This document shows, in pieces, positions 29,348 to 41,143 of a DNA stretch of 61,039 bases. This DNA comes from Alphaproteobacteria bacterium (lineage in GTDB: Bacteria > Pseudomonadota > Alphaproteobacteria > JAPYRI01): NCBI GenBank assembly GCA_029941135.1, contig JAPYRI010000003.1, forward strand, positions 21,093-82,131, in the 5' to 3' direction. The notes under the pieces were generated by a model. It saw only the letters and a list, made by a program, of their open reading frames with translations, did no database searches and was not told where the DNA came from. The position numbers were made by a program, and so were the translations under genes. Every line of letters begins with the position of its first letter. Positions within the stretch are counted from its first letter, which is position 1.

Positions 29348-30429
29348 TGGCCGACGTTGATAACAGAGAAGTTGGAGCCGGGTTCCAGAATAGCGATACC
29401 GTCGACGCTGGTCTGCGTCCGGCCACCCTCAAAGATTTTGTTGGTCAACAGCAGGTGCGCGAAAACCTTGCCGTCTTTATTGAAGCCGCCCGCACCCGGG
29501 GCGATGCGTTGGACCATGTGCTGTTCACCGGTCCGCCGGGGCTAGGCAAGACCACCTTGGCCCACATCACCGCGCGCGAATTAGGGGTCAGTATTCGAAC
29601 CACGTCGGGGCCGGTAATTGCGCGCGCTGGCGACCTGGCGGCACTGCTGACCAACCTGCAGAAAAACGATGTCTTGTTTATCGATGAAATTCATCGTCTC
29701 AATCCGGCGGTCGAAGAAATTCTCTATCCCGCCATGGAGGACTATCAGCTCGATCTGATGATTGGCGAAGGACCGTCGGCGCGCTCGGTGCGAATCGACC
29801 TTCCTCGTTTTACATTGATCGGCGCAACCACCCGTTCCGGCTTATTGACCACACCCTTGCGCGACCGTTTCGGCATCCCCTTGCGGCTCAATTACTACAG
29901 TACGGAAGAGCTTGAGATTGTTGTCAGCCGGGGCGCGCGCTTGATTCATATGGAGCTCACTGCGGACGGTGCCCGTGAGATCGCCCGCCGATCACGGGGA
30001 ACTCCACGCGTGGCCGGCCGCCTGCTGCGGCGCGTACGTGACTTCGCCTTGGTCGCGGGACGGGACCGAGTGGATGCGGTTGCGGCTGATGCGGCGCTCA
30101 ATCGATTGGAGGTGGATAAACTCGGCCTGGATGCCCTCGATCGGCGCTACCTGTGGCTAATCGCCGACAATTATAAGGGAGGCCCGGTCGGCGTGGAGAC
30201 CTTGGCCGCCGCCATGTCCGAGCCGCGCGACGCTATTGAGGATATCATTGAGCCCTACCTTATTCAGCAGGGATTGCTGCAACGCACGTCGCGGGGACGG
30301 GCCTTGACCGACGGTGCTTATGGCCACATGGGCGTGGAAGCCCCGCGTGGTTTAACCGAACAAACGGATATGTTGGCTCCAACTGAGAAGGTGATGAACA
30401 CCGATATTGACGGTAAAAATGACGAATGA
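29347..30429 (+). CDS. ruvB: Holliday junction branch-migration helicase
   Basis: [46 protein letters not shown]. Confidence 0.98.
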   Translation: MADVDNREVGAGFQNSDTVDAGLRPATLKDFVGQQQVRENLAVFIEAARTRGDALDHVLFTGPPGLGKTTLAHITARELGVSIRTTSGPVIARAGDLAALLTNLQKNDVLFIDEIHRLNPAVEEILYPAMEDYQLDLMIGEGPSARSVRIDLPRFTLIGATTRSGLLTTPLRDRFGIPLRLNYYSTEELEIVVSRGARLIHMELTADGAREIARRSRGTPRVAGRLLRRVRDFALVAGRDRVDAVAADAALNRLEVDKLGLDALDRRYLWLIADNYKGGPVGVETLAAAMSEPRDAIEDIIEPYLIQQGLLQRTSRGRALTDGAYGHMGVEAPRGLTEQTDMLAPTEKVMNTDIDGKNDE

Positions 30430-30925
30430 CGCCGACGCGCCACTTAATATTCAGCCTGGAGCCGGGTTTTTTGAAGGATTAACTCATGTGCTTCCGGTGC
30501 GGGTTTACTATGAGGATACCGACGCCGCCGGCATCGTATACTATGCTAACTACCTCCGATTTATGGAGCGTGGGCGGACGGATATGTTGCGTTTATTGGA
30601 CATTGACCAGATTTCCACGGTTAATGGCGGTGAAAATCGGTCATCGGCGACACTTTTTGTGGTGCGAAGGTGCGAGGTCGAGTATCTAAGACCCGCCCGG
30701 CTCAATGAAGGGCTTCATGTGTACACGTCGCTCGACAAAGTAGGCGGAGCGTCGGTATTCATGGCACAGAAAATTTGCCGGGATGGCGTCCCGTTGATTG
30801 ATGCCAGGGTAAGGATAGCTTGCGTTGCGGTCGATGGACGTCCAAAACGGATGGCGTCCAAGACGCGGGAAATATTTCGGTCATTAACATTGGATAACGA
30901 AGGGAATTTGCGAAATGCCGGTTGA
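30419..30925 (+). CDS. ybgC: Tol-Pal-associated acyl-CoA thioesterase
   Basis: [28 protein letters not shown]; lies between ruvB and tolQ. Confidence 0.93.
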   Translation: MTNDADAPLNIQPGAGFFEGLTHVLPVRVYYEDTDAAGIVYYANYLRFMERGRTDMLRLLDIDQISTVNGGENRSSATLFVVRRCEVEYLRPARLNEGLHVYTSLDKVGGASVFMAQKICRDGVPLIDARVRIACVAVDGRPKRMASKTREIFRSLTLDNEGNLRNAG

Positions 30926-31640
30926 AGAAGCCATTGTAGCGGTGGAACTAGAGACGGTGGCGCTCGATTTCTCTCCTTGGGGAATGTTCGTCCAAGCGGA
31001 CAGTGTGGTCAAAGCCGTACTGATCATCCTTTTGATCGCCTCCGTTTGGTGCTGGGCAATCATCTTTCAGAAAACTTTGCGCTACCGCCGGGTGAACGCT
31101 AAAGCCGAAGAGTTTGAGCAGGAATTTTGGTCAGGCAAGTCGTTGGACGAACTCCACAAGCGGATCGGTGAAGTCGCGGATCATCCCCTCGCATTGCTGT
31201 TCACGTCGGCCATGAATGAATGGCGGCGGTCGGTTGAAAAAAGCCGATCGGGAAGCGGCCTCAATGCGGCCCTCCATGAGCGGGTCGAAAAAGTCATGCG
31301 GATTACCGTGACCCGCGAAATGGAGCGCCTCGAGAGTTACCTTGGCGTTCTGGCAACGGTTGGCTCGATCGGACCTTTTGTCGGCTTGTTTGGCACTGTT
31401 TGGGGGATCATGAACAGTTTCCAAGCCATTGCGGCCAGTCATAACACCAGTCTTGCCGTGGTCGCGCCGGGTATCGCCGAAGCCTTGTTTGCTACGGCTT
31501 TGGGTTTGGTGGCGGCTATCCCTGCGGTTGTTGCCTACAACAAATTCAATACCGATATGAGTCGCTATGCAAATCGTCTTGATGGGTTTGCTCACGAGTT
31601 TTCTGCCATTCTTTCGCGCCAAATCGACGAAGGAGCGTAA
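30915..31640 (+). CDS. tolQ: Tol-Pal motor protein TolQ
   Basis: ASVWCWAII, LATVGSIGPFVGLFGTVWGIM, VAPGIAEALFATALGL. Confidence 0.96.
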   Translation: MPVEEAIVAVELETVALDFSPWGMFVQADSVVKAVLIILLIASVWCWAIIFQKTLRYRRVNAKAEEFEQEFWSGKSLDELHKRIGEVADHPLALLFTSAMNEWRRSVEKSRSGSGLNAALHERVEKVMRITVTREMERLESYLGVLATVGSIGPFVGLFGTVWGIMNSFQAIAASHNTSLAVVAPGIAEALFATALGLVAAIPAVVAYNKFNTDMSRYANRLDGFAHEFSAILSRQIDEGA

Positions 31641-31643
31641 ATT

Positions 31644-32072
31644 ATGGATGTTGGAAGCGGTCGTTCTCGCGGCAGCTACGCGCCTATGAGCGAGATAAAC
31701 GTGACGCCGTTCGTCGACGTGTTTTTGGTGTTGCTGGTTGTGTTTATGGTGACCGCGCCATTATTGGCGGTCGGCGTGCCGGTCGACTTGCCGCAGACCG
31801 AAGCTGCATCGCTGGAGGAAAAACAGGAGCCGATCACAATCTCCATCGACTTGGAGGGAAATATATATGTTCAGGAAACCGAGGTTTCCTTGGAGGATCT
31901 CGTGCCACGACTGTTGGCAATTTCGAGAAGTCGTGAAGAGACGCGCATTTATGTGCGCGGTGACAAAAATGTCGAATATGGCCGGGTCTTGATCGCCATG
32001 GGGCAGATCACCGCGGCTGGTTTCAGTAAAGTAGCCTTGATTTCGGAACTGCCGCCCAAACGCATACAATAG
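31644..32072 (+). CDS. tolR: Tol-Pal motor protein TolR
   Basis: SEINVTPFVDVFLVLLVVFMVTAP, VRGDK...YG.V. Confidence 0.96.
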   Translation: MDVGSGRSRGSYAPMSEINVTPFVDVFLVLLVVFMVTAPLLAVGVPVDLPQTEAASLEEKQEPITISIDLEGNIYVQETEVSLEDLVPRLLAISRSREETRIYVRGDKNVEYGRVLIAMGQITAAGFSKVALISELPPKRIQ

Positions 32073-32093
32073 TGGGGGGTATGGAGGCCGTCG

Positions 32094-32960
32094 TTGCGCG
32101 CCGAATATGCTGATTATGCCCGTGCGGTTTTGCGATATCTTGCGCTACTATCGGTGCGCTCTGGGTTCCTTTATTCCTTTCTCCTTCATGTGCTGATTTT
32201 TGTCGTGGCGGTAAGCGATGTTTCGTTTCTTGGTCGCGAGCCGGTCATTGTTGATCGGCCAATTCCGGTCGAATTGGTGGTCATTGCTGAGCGCACAAAT
32301 TTACCGAAGCCAAAGGTCACGCCAGAGCCCAAACCTGAGCGTCCTGAGGTTCATAAACCGGCACCGCCTCCAGCGGCTACCGCCCCTGACGCCGTTCCCC
32401 TCCCATCGCCCCCAAAAGCTAAACCGGTGAAGAAAAAGGAAGTCGTTCAAGTTAAAGTTCGGCCTAAGCCCAAACCCAAACCCCCGGTGCAGAAGGCCAA
32501 GAAACCAAAGTTCGATTCTGCGAAAATATCTGCTCTCCTTAACAAGATAAAAAAAGAGGAAAAGGCCGAGGAGGAGGAGCCCGACCAGCCGGATGTTAAA
32601 TCGCCGCCGATTAACCGCCTTACCCAGGCGCTCGATCAACCGATGACTAATAGTGAAATTGATGCCGTTAAGATGCAGATATACGGTTGCTGGAGTTTAC
32701 CAGCAGGTTCGAGCCGAGCGGAGAGTTTAGTCGTCAAAGTACGGCTGTTTTTGCATCGGGACGGATCATTGTCCCGGCAACCCGAGGTCGTTGACGCCGA
32801 GCGCATGACGCGGCCGGGCCAAGAGTATTTTAGGACTGCGGCTGAGAGCGCGGTGCGGGCAGTTAGGAAGTGTGAACCCTTGCGGATGCCTGCTAAGAAA
32901 TACGAAGAATGGCGGGAAATGGTGCTGACATTTGATCCCAGTGAAATGCTGGGAGGATAA
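32094..32960 (+). CDS. tolA: TolA (TM anchor, Pro/Lys-rich linker, TonB-C-like domain)
   Basis: SFLLHVLI anchor, PKPKP linker, CWSLP...[14 protein letters not shown]...FDP; lies between tolR and tolB. Confidence 0.85.
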   Translation: MRAEYADYARAVLRYLALLSVRSGFLYSFLLHVLIFVVAVSDVSFLGREPVIVDRPIPVELVVIAERTNLPKPKVTPEPKPERPEVHKPAPPPAATAPDAVPLPSPPKAKPVKKKEVVQVKVRPKPKPKPPVQKAKKPKFDSAKISALLNKIKKEEKAEEEEPDQPDVKSPPINRLTQALDQPMTNSEIDAVKMQIYGCWSLPAGSSRAESLVVKVRLFLHRDGSLSRQPEVVDAERMTRPGQEYFRTAAESAVRAVRKCEPLRMPAKKYEEWREMVLTFDPSEMLGG

Positions 32961-32965
32961 ACATT

Positions 32966-34435
32966 ATGACTCAGAAATTCGGCTTTTCCCTATTCTCGGG
33001 TAATTCAATGACCTGTACGAAATCGTGGCTATGTTTCATGGCCGTTGCACTGCTTTTAGCGTGCTTCGGCTCTTCGCCGGCCCGCGCATTTCTTGAAATC
33101 GATATCACCCAGGGCAATGTGGAGCCTCTGCCGATTGCCATCCCCAATTTTTTTGGCGTTCGCCATGCGGCCACCAGTCAATACGGAGACACCGGACGAA
33201 TTGGCGCCAATATTACCAAAGTTATTACCGCCAATCTGGAACGTTCGGGCCTGTTCGAACCCATAGATCAACGGGCTTACATTCAAACCGCAGAAGCGGC
33301 GCAGGTACGCCCGCGTTTTGTCGACTGGCGACTGATCAACGCGCAAGCCTTGGTCACGGGTAAGTCCGAATTGCGTTCGGATGGTCAACTACGGGTCGAG
33401 TTCAGATTGTGGGACGTTTTTGCCGAGCGGCAAATGGTTGGCTTTGTTCATGTTACCACACCGGATAATTGGCGCAGCATTGCTCATCTCATATCGGACG
33501 CGATTTATAAGCGGCTGACCGGTGAAGGTGGATACTTTGACACCCGCGTGGTTTATGTCGCAGAAAGCGGCCCCCGCTCACGGCGGGTTAAGCGTCTCGC
33601 GATTATGGATCAAGACGGAGCCAACCATCGGCTGCTGACTTCGGGCGCGAACGATCTGATGCTGACTCCGCGATTTTCACCGACCGCGCAGATGATCACC
33701 TACATGTCGTTTTTCAATGATCGTCCGCGCGTGTATTTGTTCGATATCGACACCGGCAAACATGAGGTCATGGGCGATTTTCCGAGCATGACATTTTCGC
33801 CCCGATTTTCGCCTGATGGCAACCGGGTCATTATGAGTCTTGCCCGCAATGGTAATTCCGATATTTATGTGATGGATCTTCGGACCCGGGTGACCGAGCG
33901 GCTAACCAGTCATCCGGCGATCGATACCTCACCTTCGTATTCGCCCGATGGCCGGAAAATTACCTTCGAATCCAGCCGCGGGGGTAGTCAGCAAATCTAT
34001 GTCATGGATGCGGACGGTGGCAGTGTGCGCCGCATTAGCTCGGGAAAAGGCTCGTTTGGGACTCCAGTATGGTCACCGCGAGGCGACTTGATCGCGTTTA
34101 CGCGCGTGCGGCAAAGCATGTTCTCGATCGGTGTCATGCGGCCCGACGGCAGTGGTATTCGCATTTTGACCGAGAGTTTTATGGACGAAGGCCCAACTTG
34201 GGCGCCCAACGGCCGTGTGCTGATGTTTTCCCGCCAAACTCGCTATGATCGCCGGGGACTAGGGGGCAAGACGCGTCTGTGGTCAATCGACCTTACCGGC
34301 GGTAACGAACGCGAAGTGCTGACGCCGATGGATGCGTCTGATCCGGCGTGGTCACCCCTCATTCAAGAGACTAGGACGTACTCGGGTCAGCTATTGTTGT
34401 CTCCAGATAGGGAAACGGATTTTGCCAATCGATAG
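32966..34435 (+). CDS. tolB: Tol-Pal beta-propeller protein TolB
   Basis: [37 protein letters not shown], repeated P.FSPDG/WSP blades, SDPAWSP. Confidence 0.96.
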   Translation: MTQKFGFSLFSGNSMTCTKSWLCFMAVALLLACFGSSPARAFLEIDITQGNVEPLPIAIPNFFGVRHAATSQYGDTGRIGANITKVITANLERSGLFEPIDQRAYIQTAEAAQVRPRFVDWRLINAQALVTGKSELRSDGQLRVEFRLWDVFAERQMVGFVHVTTPDNWRSIAHLISDAIYKRLTGEGGYFDTRVVYVAESGPRSRRVKRLAIMDQDGANHRLLTSGANDLMLTPRFSPTAQMITYMSFFNDRPRVYLFDIDTGKHEVMGDFPSMTFSPRFSPDGNRVIMSLARNGNSDIYVMDLRTRVTERLTSHPAIDTSPSYSPDGRKITFESSRGGSQQIYVMDADGGSVRRISSGKGSFGTPVWSPRGDLIAFTRVRQSMFSIGVMRPDGSGIRILTESFMDEGPTWAPNGRVLMFSRQTRYDRRGLGGKTRLWSIDLTGGNEREVLTPMDASDPAWSPLIQETRTYSGQLLLSPDRETDFANR

Positions 34436-34648
34436 GATCAATTAATTTTCAAATTCTAGTCAAAAATGGACCCACACGTTGTCAAATCCAGAAAACACCC
34501 TGTTGAACTTTCTCCGGGCGTGTTAAGAGCACATTAATTGCTTGGAATGATTATTGCACTCGCAGTTGTGCCAAGTTGATCATCGCGCTACCGTGTCGTC
34601 AGGGATACCAACCGGAGCGCAGCCAGGGCCGTACGGGAGTTAGATAAA

Positions 34649-35167
34649 ATGCACGTCAGAATGTCGGGTTTAAAAATATTGAGTCTATTTACCGCCCTTA
34701 CGCTCGTGGCGGCATGTAGTTCGACATCGGATCAAATTGGTTCGAGTTCGTCATACGGCTCGTCTTCTGGGACTTCGGGCGTGGACACCGGGACCGTGAG
34801 CACGACACCGGCCGGGACCCAAGAAGACCTGGTGGTTAATGCCGGTGACAGGGTGCGTTTCGGCTATGACTCATTTGAGCTTTCTGCTGATGCACGTGGT
34901 GTATTAGAGCGCCAAGCTGCATGGCTCCAAAGCAACGGCAGCGTTAATGTGCTGATTGAGGGCCATTGTGACGAGCGAGGGACGCGCGAATATAACTTAG
35001 CTTTGGGTGATCGTCGGGCCAGCGCGGCTAAAAACTATTTGGTCGCCCTGGGCATTGCGGATAGCCGCATATCGACGATCAGTTATGGCAAAGAACGACC
35101 CATCGCCTTCGGCTCCATTGCAGCCGATTGGGCCATAAACCGCCGGGGCGTGACTGTCGTCAAATAG
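34649..35167 (+). CDS. pal: Peptidoglycan-associated lipoprotein
   Basis: Lipobox VAAC, DRVRFGYDS, IEGHCDERGTREYNLALGDRRA, TISYGKERP. Confidence 0.97.
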   Translation: MHVRMSGLKILSLFTALTLVAACSSTSDQIGSSSSYGSSSGTSGVDTGTVSTTPAGTQEDLVVNAGDRVRFGYDSFELSADARGVLERQAAWLQSNGSVNVLIEGHCDERGTREYNLALGDRRASAAKNYLVALGIADSRISTISYGKERPIAFGSIAADWAINRRGVTVVK

Positions 35168-35298
35168 CTGGCGGCAAGTAACTGCCGTCAATTAGCCGCT
35201 TGGCATTTGGTTTCTAAAGCCAACCGATCTACGAGTTTAGAATTACCGTGTCTGGACCGACGGGTTTGGGCGCCGTATTTAGGCGTCGGGAAGTATTT

Positions 35299-36351
35299 AT
35301 GACTAAAGCATTTCGTTTTGTATCGCTGTCTGTGTGTCTGGTGCTTGGCGTGTTTGCACCGCTCGTCGCTTATGGCCAAATGGAACGGCGGGGCGATTCG
35401 CTTCAGGGCTTGGAAAATCGGATACAACAACTTGAATACAAACTGAACCAATTGCGGCGGGATTTCGATACCGGCAGCGGCGCGGCGACGCCCGCGCGTC
35501 GGATCACCAGGTTCGGTTCAGGTACGACACCACTGCCTGATAATTTTGCGGCGCGGGTTGAAATCCGCATGAGTGAGCTCGAGCAAGAATTAACTCGTTT
35601 GACGGGACAGTTGGAGGAACAAGGTTTCACTTTATCCAGTGTGAGTACGCGGCTCGACAAATTGGTCGAAGACGTGGATTTCCGCTTGAGTGCCCTAGAA
35701 AGAGGGCCTTCTGCGGGTAATCGTTCGGGCGAGCCACGCCCTCAATTTTCGGGAAATGCAAGCTCCAGCAGGACCGAATCTGGGATACCGCCAGCCTCAC
35801 CGTTGCCCGGTGCTGGATTGCCGCGCAGCTTGGGAACAATTTCATCCGACAATCCTAATGATCCCGCGACCAGGGGTGCGGCGCCAGGATCGGGTGGTTC
35901 CATGGCACGAATGCCGGCGCCAGCACAGCAACTCGCTCCGGTGGTGCCGCGGAAATTACCCGTGGGCACACCGAAAGAACAATACGACTATGCCTTTAAA
36001 CTGGTGCGACAGGGCGATTACGCCGGGGCAGAATTAGCCTTTCGAGAATTTGGCCAACTCCATTCTTCCGACCCCTTAGCGGGCAACGCAGGGTACTGGT
36101 TGGGCGAGACGTACTATGTGCGGCAGGATTTCGTGCAGGCGGCGGACGCCTATATCGGCGTTGTTACCAGCTATCCTGACAGTCCCAAACGTTCCCACAG
36201 TATGTTGAAGTTGGGAATGAGCCTTCTTGCGTTGGGCGAAAAGCAGGAAGGTTGTGCCACACTGGGCGAGCTTTTAGCAAACGACAGCCAGAACCCGGCA
36301 GCGATCCGCGCGCGCGCGGAAAGCGAGCGGCAACGGGCTGGGTGCTCATAG
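35299..36351 (+). CDS. cpoB: Cell division coordinator CpoB (YbgF)
   Basis: Signal peptide, coiled coil (RMSELEQELTRLTGQLEE), TPR region AGNAGYWLGETYY, SMLKLGMSL; follows pal. Confidence 0.9.
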   Translation: MTKAFRFVSLSVCLVLGVFAPLVAYGQMERRGDSLQGLENRIQQLEYKLNQLRRDFDTGSGAATPARRITRFGSGTTPLPDNFAARVEIRMSELEQELTRLTGQLEEQGFTLSSVSTRLDKLVEDVDFRLSALERGPSAGNRSGEPRPQFSGNASSSRTESGIPPASPLPGAGLPRSLGTISSDNPNDPATRGAAPGSGGSMARMPAPAQQLAPVVPRKLPVGTPKEQYDYAFKLVRQGDYAGAELAFREFGQLHSSDPLAGNAGYWLGETYYVRQDFVQAADAYIGVVTSYPDSPKRSHSMLKLGMSLLALGEKQEGCATLGELLANDSQNPAAIRARAESERQRAGCS

Positions 36352-36372
36352 AAACCGAACGGAGCTTGCCCG

Positions 36373-37764
36373 ATGAAGGGTCAGGGCCGGATAGACATGT
36401 CAGAAGCCGGTGCGATTGAAGGAGCCGAATTCGACACCTTGATGGCGTCGCTCGGTATTGATCTGGCAAAACCGCGCTTGGCGGTGGCGGTATCCGGTGG
36501 CGCTGACAGTATGGCGCTTGTGCTGCTTGTCAGTGAATGGGTCCGGGCACAGGATGGCGAAGTGGTCGGTTTGATTGTCGATCATGGCCTTCGACCTGAA
36601 TCGAAGGTTGAAGCGCAACGTGTTGCCGATCGGTTGAAGGATAAGGGAATATCTGCCCAGGTGTTGACTTGGGCGGGGCCAAAACCCAGCTCGAGTATTC
36701 AGGCTGAAGCCCGGGCCGCCCGTTACAAATTGCTGGTCGAGAAATGTGAAGCCCTAGGATTGCGTCATTTGCTGGTCGCCCACCATAAGGACGATCAGGC
36801 GGAAACATTCATGCTGCGATTGTCTCGCGGGAGCGGCGTGGACGGTCTTGCTTGTATGGCGCCAATTTCCCAACCCGATGTCAGCACCTCAACCCAGGTC
36901 CGATTGTTACGCCCATTTCTCACGGTGCCGAAGGCCAGGCTGATCGCGACCCTTCAACATCGGGGTGTCCCGTGGGTGGAAGATCCCAGCAATCAGTGTT
37001 TGGATTTTACCCGCGTGCGTCTGCGGGAGGTCCTAAAGGGCCTCGCCGGTGAAGGCTTCAGTTCTGGCCGATTGTCACGAGCCGCCCGTCGTATGGCCCG
37101 GGCGCGCGACGCCCTCAATAAAATGGCCAGCGAATTTGTAAGCCGGGTCGGGCATTTTGATAACAGTGGTTTTTGCGAAATCAAATTGACGGATCTGCGC
37201 GCGACGCCCGAAGAAATTTCTCTCCGTGGCCTGCTCATTATGCTGCATTGGGCGGGTGGGCATGGGAACGTGATCCGCTTGGAACGTGCTGAGCGTCTGC
37301 ACGAGGAGATCATCGGCGCCGACAGCTTCGGCGGCAGAACTTTGGGGGGGTGCCGCGTACAATTGACTGAGCGCCCGCAAGGTCTGGTTTTGATGATTTG
37401 CCGCGAAGCTGCCGCCGCGCAGCATGAATTGCACCTAGCACCAGGGACCGAGGCCAATTGGGACGGGCGCTATAAAGTGGCGCTCGCTGCTGACAGCGAT
37501 TCGCGTTCTCAACCGGTTCAGCCTTTGCCGTCATTGCTGGTTCGGCGATTGGGTGAAGATGGCTGGAGACAAATTTCGTCTGAAGTATCGGCAGACGCCC
37601 GGGCAAACATTCCGGTGGCGGTACGATCAACTTTACCAGCTTTATGGGACCCAATTGGGGTCGTATCTGTGCCGATAATGGGTTTTGAACGGGAAGGTTT
37701 AACCCCAGTTTGCCGAACGTTTACAACCGATTTTACCCCCTCACGGGCAGATTTTGGAATATAA
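36373..37764 (+). CDS. tilS: tRNA(Ile)-lysidine synthase
   Basis: AVAVSGGADSMAL, VDHGLRPES, EARAARY, AHHKDDQAET, EDPSN. Confidence 0.95.
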   Translation: MKGQGRIDMSEAGAIEGAEFDTLMASLGIDLAKPRLAVAVSGGADSMALVLLVSEWVRAQDGEVVGLIVDHGLRPESKVEAQRVADRLKDKGISAQVLTWAGPKPSSSIQAEARAARYKLLVEKCEALGLRHLLVAHHKDDQAETFMLRLSRGSGVDGLACMAPISQPDVSTSTQVRLLRPFLTVPKARLIATLQHRGVPWVEDPSNQCLDFTRVRLREVLKGLAGEGFSSGRLSRAARRMARARDALNKMASEFVSRVGHFDNSGFCEIKLTDLRATPEEISLRGLLIMLHWAGGHGNVIRLERAERLHEEIIGADSFGGRTLGGCRVQLTERPQGLVLMICREAAAAQHELHLAPGTEANWDGRYKVALAADSDSRSQPVQPLPSLLVRRLGEDGWRQISSEVSADARANIPVAVRSTLPALWDPIGVVSVPIMGFEREGLTPVCRTFTTDFTPSRADFGI

Positions 37765-37855
37765 GTATGTGATCCTGTCCGGAACTGAACTTGGGCAAGG
37801 ATGTCTTCATACCTTTTCCGTAAATTGGGTTGAAGAAGTCGAATTTCCGCCGGTG

Positions 37856-37883
37856 CTTGTTTTCAGTCCGCCGTGCACTATTT
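37856..37883 (+). promoter_or_regulatory. Weak candidate RpoH (sigma32) promoter for ftsH
   Basis: CTTGTT-N15-ACTATTT resembles the alphaproteobacterial CTTGAA-N15/16-CCTATAT consensus; ftsH is often in the heat-shock regulon. Confidence 0.25.
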
Positions 37884-37981
37884 GTAGGATAATTTCCATT
37901 GTCCGCCGTTTCCGGTAATATTGTAATTTCGGGCATCGGTCACATGAATGGACAGTGGTGGCCCATACGAAAGGCTCTCTA

Positions 37982-39919
37982 GTGAATAAATTCGGCAGAA
38001 ATCTGGCATTGTGGGTGGTGATCGCACTCCTATTGGTCGCTCTGTTCAACCTGTTTCAGAACCCGACTGCGCGTGGACCCGGTACGGCGCTCGCGTTTTC
38101 TGACTTCCTCGCCGAAGTCGAAGCCGGAAATGTGGTTGAAGTTACAATCCAAGGACAGTCGATTAGCGGCCATTATTCGGATGGCCGGTCTTTCAGCACC
38201 TATATGCCGAATGACCCAACGCTGGTTCAGCGCCTACAAGATCGGGGCGTTCGTATCAGCGCGGCGCCCGTCGAAGACAATGTACCCAGCGTTTTCGGCA
38301 TCTTGATTTCTTGGTTCCCCATGCTTTTGTTGATTGGGGTATGGATATTTTTCATGCGCCAAATGCAATCCGGTGGCGGAAAAGCAATGGGATTTGGGAA
38401 GTCCAAGGCCCGCCTGCTTACCGAAAGTCATGGCCGGATCACATTTGACGATGTTGCCGGCATTGATGAGGCCAAGGAAGAACTTGAGGAAATCGTCGAT
38501 TTTTTGAAATCTCCGCAAAAGTTTCAACGACTAGGCGGCCGCATTCCTAAAGGGGCGTTATTGGTCGGCCCTCCCGGCACCGGCAAGACTCTGCTCGCAC
38601 GCGCCATTGCGGGCGAAGCCAATGTCCCTTTTTTCACCATCTCAGGCTCAGACTTCGTTGAAATGTTCGTGGGGGTCGGGGCAAGCCGGGTCCGCGACAT
38701 GTTCGAGCAAGCCAAAAAGAATGCACCGTGCATTATCTTTATTGACGAAATCGATGCTGTCGGGCGTCATCGCGGTGCCGGCCTTGGCGGTGGCAATGAT
38801 GAACGCGAACAGACGCTCAATCAATTGCTGGTCGAGATGGATGGTTTTGAATCCAATGAAGGAGTGATCTTGATCGCCGCCACCAATCGGCCTGACGTTC
38901 TGGATCCGGCATTGTTGCGGCCGGGGCGGTTTGACCGGCAAGTCGTTGTTCCCCTCCCGGATATCATCGGCCGCGAGAAAATTCTCAAAGTGCACATGCG
39001 TAAAATTACGCTATCCACCGAGGTTAACCCACGCATCCTCGCCCGCGGTACGCCGGGCTTTTCCGGCGCCGATTTGGCCAACCTGGTCAACGAATCTGCC
39101 TTACTGGCGGCGCGGAAGGGACGGCGCTCTGTGGGTATGGCGGAAATGGAAGAAGCTAAGGATAAAGTCATGATGGGCGCCGAACGACGTTCCATGGTGA
39201 TGTCCGATGACGAAAAGAAACTCACCGCTTATCATGAGGGCGGGCATGCGCTGATCGCTGCCCACTGTCCGGCTTCTGACCCCATTCATAAAGCGACCAT
39301 CATCCCCCGCGGCCGCGCACTCGGCATGGTTATGCGTTTGCCTGAAAGGGATCATTTGTCGGTTTCGCGGGAGAAGATAACAACGGACATTTGTGTTGCC
39401 ATGGGGGGTCGGATCGCCGAGGACTTGGTGTTTGGCTACGACAAAGTAACCTCGGGCGCTTCACAGGATATTGAAATGGCGACCAAGTTGGCGCGCGGCA
39501 TGGTCACCCGCTATGGCATGAGCGACGAACTCGGACCATTAGCTTATGGCCAAAACGAAGAAGAAGTTTTCCTCGGCCATTCGGTGACCAGAACTCAGAA
39601 TTTGTCTGAAGAAACGGCGCGAATTATTGACGTTGAGATCCGAAAAATCGTCGACGCCGCCTATGAACGCGCAAGAACCATCCTAACCGACAATCTGAAT
39701 CAGTTGCACGACGTGGCAAATGCGTTGCTCGAGTACGAAACATTGAGCGGCGAGGATATTGCCACATTGCTCAGGGGAGAAGCGATTCATCGTCCGGATG
39801 AGAACGAACTGACGGCCGATGCGGATGGTTCATCGTCATCGGTTCCAGCCAGTGGCCCGACGCTGGGGCCGGAACCAGATCACGGTGGTCCAAACCCCCA
39901 TCCGCAACCGAGCTCCTGA
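37982..39919 (+). CDS. ftsH: ATP-dependent zinc metalloprotease FtsH
   Basis: Two TM helices, [36 protein letters not shown]; GTG at 37982 is the likely start. Confidence 0.98.
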   Translation: MNKFGRNLALWVVIALLLVALFNLFQNPTARGPGTALAFSDFLAEVEAGNVVEVTIQGQSISGHYSDGRSFSTYMPNDPTLVQRLQDRGVRISAAPVEDNVPSVFGILISWFPMLLLIGVWIFFMRQMQSGGGKAMGFGKSKARLLTESHGRITFDDVAGIDEAKEELEEIVDFLKSPQKFQRLGGRIPKGALLVGPPGTGKTLLARAIAGEANVPFFTISGSDFVEMFVGVGASRVRDMFEQAKKNAPCIIFIDEIDAVGRHRGAGLGGGNDEREQTLNQLLVEMDGFESNEGVILIAATNRPDVLDPALLRPGRFDRQVVVPLPDIIGREKILKVHMRKITLSTEVNPRILARGTPGFSGADLANLVNESALLAARKGRRSVGMAEMEEAKDKVMMGAERRSMVMSDDEKKLTAYHEGGHALIAAHCPASDPIHKATIIPRGRALGMVMRLPERDHLSVSREKITTDICVAMGGRIAEDLVFGYDKVTSGASQDIEMATKLARGMVTRYGMSDELGPLAYGQNEEEVFLGHSVTRTQNLSEETARIIDVEIRKIVDAAYERARTILTDNLNQLHDVANALLEYETLSGEDIATLLRGEAIHRPDENELTADADGSSSSVPASGPTLGPEPDHGGPNPHPQPSS

Positions 39920-39924
39920 CCGGA

Positions 39925-41043
39925 TTGAGCGGCGTTTGCTCGCCGGATGTGGCCATGATGGCGGCTGCGAAATCATCTGTCTATCTTAAGCCCTGCGGAA
40001 TGATATCGGGGACACTGGCGGCCGATGCCATTAAGAGCGGCCACGCCTTGCCGTTCGTGTCGTCGGGCCTTGCCTTTACCCAATGTGAGATCATCCGCCG
40101 GGTGCAGGGCGAAACACTATGCCGTGAATTTCTGACCGCCAGAGATATGGCAAGCGGGTCAAGGCGAGATGAACTGTCAGAACTCATCGTACGGGTAACG
40201 ACAGAACGCCCGCCATTACGATTGAGCGCGGCGACACTCCTTTTTGACCGGCCGCTGGTGATGGGCATTGTCAACGTAACTCCGGATAGTTTCTCCGGTG
40301 ACGGGCTCGCAGGGGATGTGACGGCGGCGATCGCGCGGGGCCGCCAGCACGTTGAAGAGGGCGCGGATGTGCTCGATATTGGTGGCGAGTCGACCCGACC
40401 TGGTGCTGATTTCGTCGACCCTGACGAAGAGTGCGACCGGATTCTACCGGTTATTTCAGCCCTTAAAGACTTGGGCGTGCCGATATCGGTCGATACCCGC
40501 AGGGCCAAGGTGATGACGGTGGCGACGGCTGCCGGCGCGACAATAATAAATGATGTATCCGCTCTTACCGGGGATCCGCACAGTTTGGACGTGGCGGCAG
40601 CAGCGGGCGCGGCGGTGGTGCTCAATCATATGCGCGGGTCTCCCCGGGACATGCAAGATAATCCGCACTACGCGGATGTGGTGCTCGATGTTTACGACGA
40701 ATTGGCAGCGCGGATAGAGGCAGCGGTGGCCGCTGGCATTTCGCGGGAACACTTGATCGTCGACCCTGGCCTGGGCTTTGGCAAGACCGCTGCCCACAAT
40801 TTTCAATTGCTTTCGAGCCTTGCGTTGTATCAAGGACTCGGGTGCCCGGTTCTCATCGGCGCCTCGCGCAAATCGTTCCTCGGCGCAATTTCAGGGGGAG
40901 GTACCCCGGCCGAACGGCTGCCGGGATCGCTCTCGGCAGCAATTGCCGCTGTTCAGCAAGGGGCGAACATAGTCCGCGTCCACGACGTCGCGCCCACCCG
41001 ACAAGCCTTAAAGACATTGAGTGCTATAGACGGTGGAAATTGA
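39925..41043 (+). CDS. folP: Dihydropteroate synthase with about 100-aa N-terminal extension
   Basis: MGIVNVTPDSFS, DIGGESTRPGA, SVDTR, IVDPGLGFGK, GASRKSF, IVRVHDV; start uncertain (TTG 39925 or ATG 39955). Confidence 0.93.
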   Translation: MSGVCSPDVAMMAAAKSSVYLKPCGMISGTLAADAIKSGHALPFVSSGLAFTQCEIIRRVQGETLCREFLTARDMASGSRRDELSELIVRVTTERPPLRLSAATLLFDRPLVMGIVNVTPDSFSGDGLAGDVTAAIARGRQHVEEGADVLDIGGESTRPGADFVDPDEECDRILPVISALKDLGVPISVDTRRAKVMTVATAAGATIINDVSALTGDPHSLDVAAAAGAAVVLNHMRGSPRDMQDNPHYADVVLDVYDELAARIEAAVAAGISREHLIVDPGLGFGKTAAHNFQLLSSLALYQGLGCPVLIGASRKSFLGAISGGGTPAERLPGSLSAAIAAVQQGANIVRVHDVAPTRQALKTLSAIDGGN

Positions 41044-41143
41044 CTATCAGTCGCGTCGAATATGGTAGTAAATTGGGTCCTTAGCGCGGACGTATTTGCG
41101 GATCGGCGCAAGTCCAAATCAATTTAATTACGGCGGCAATCTG

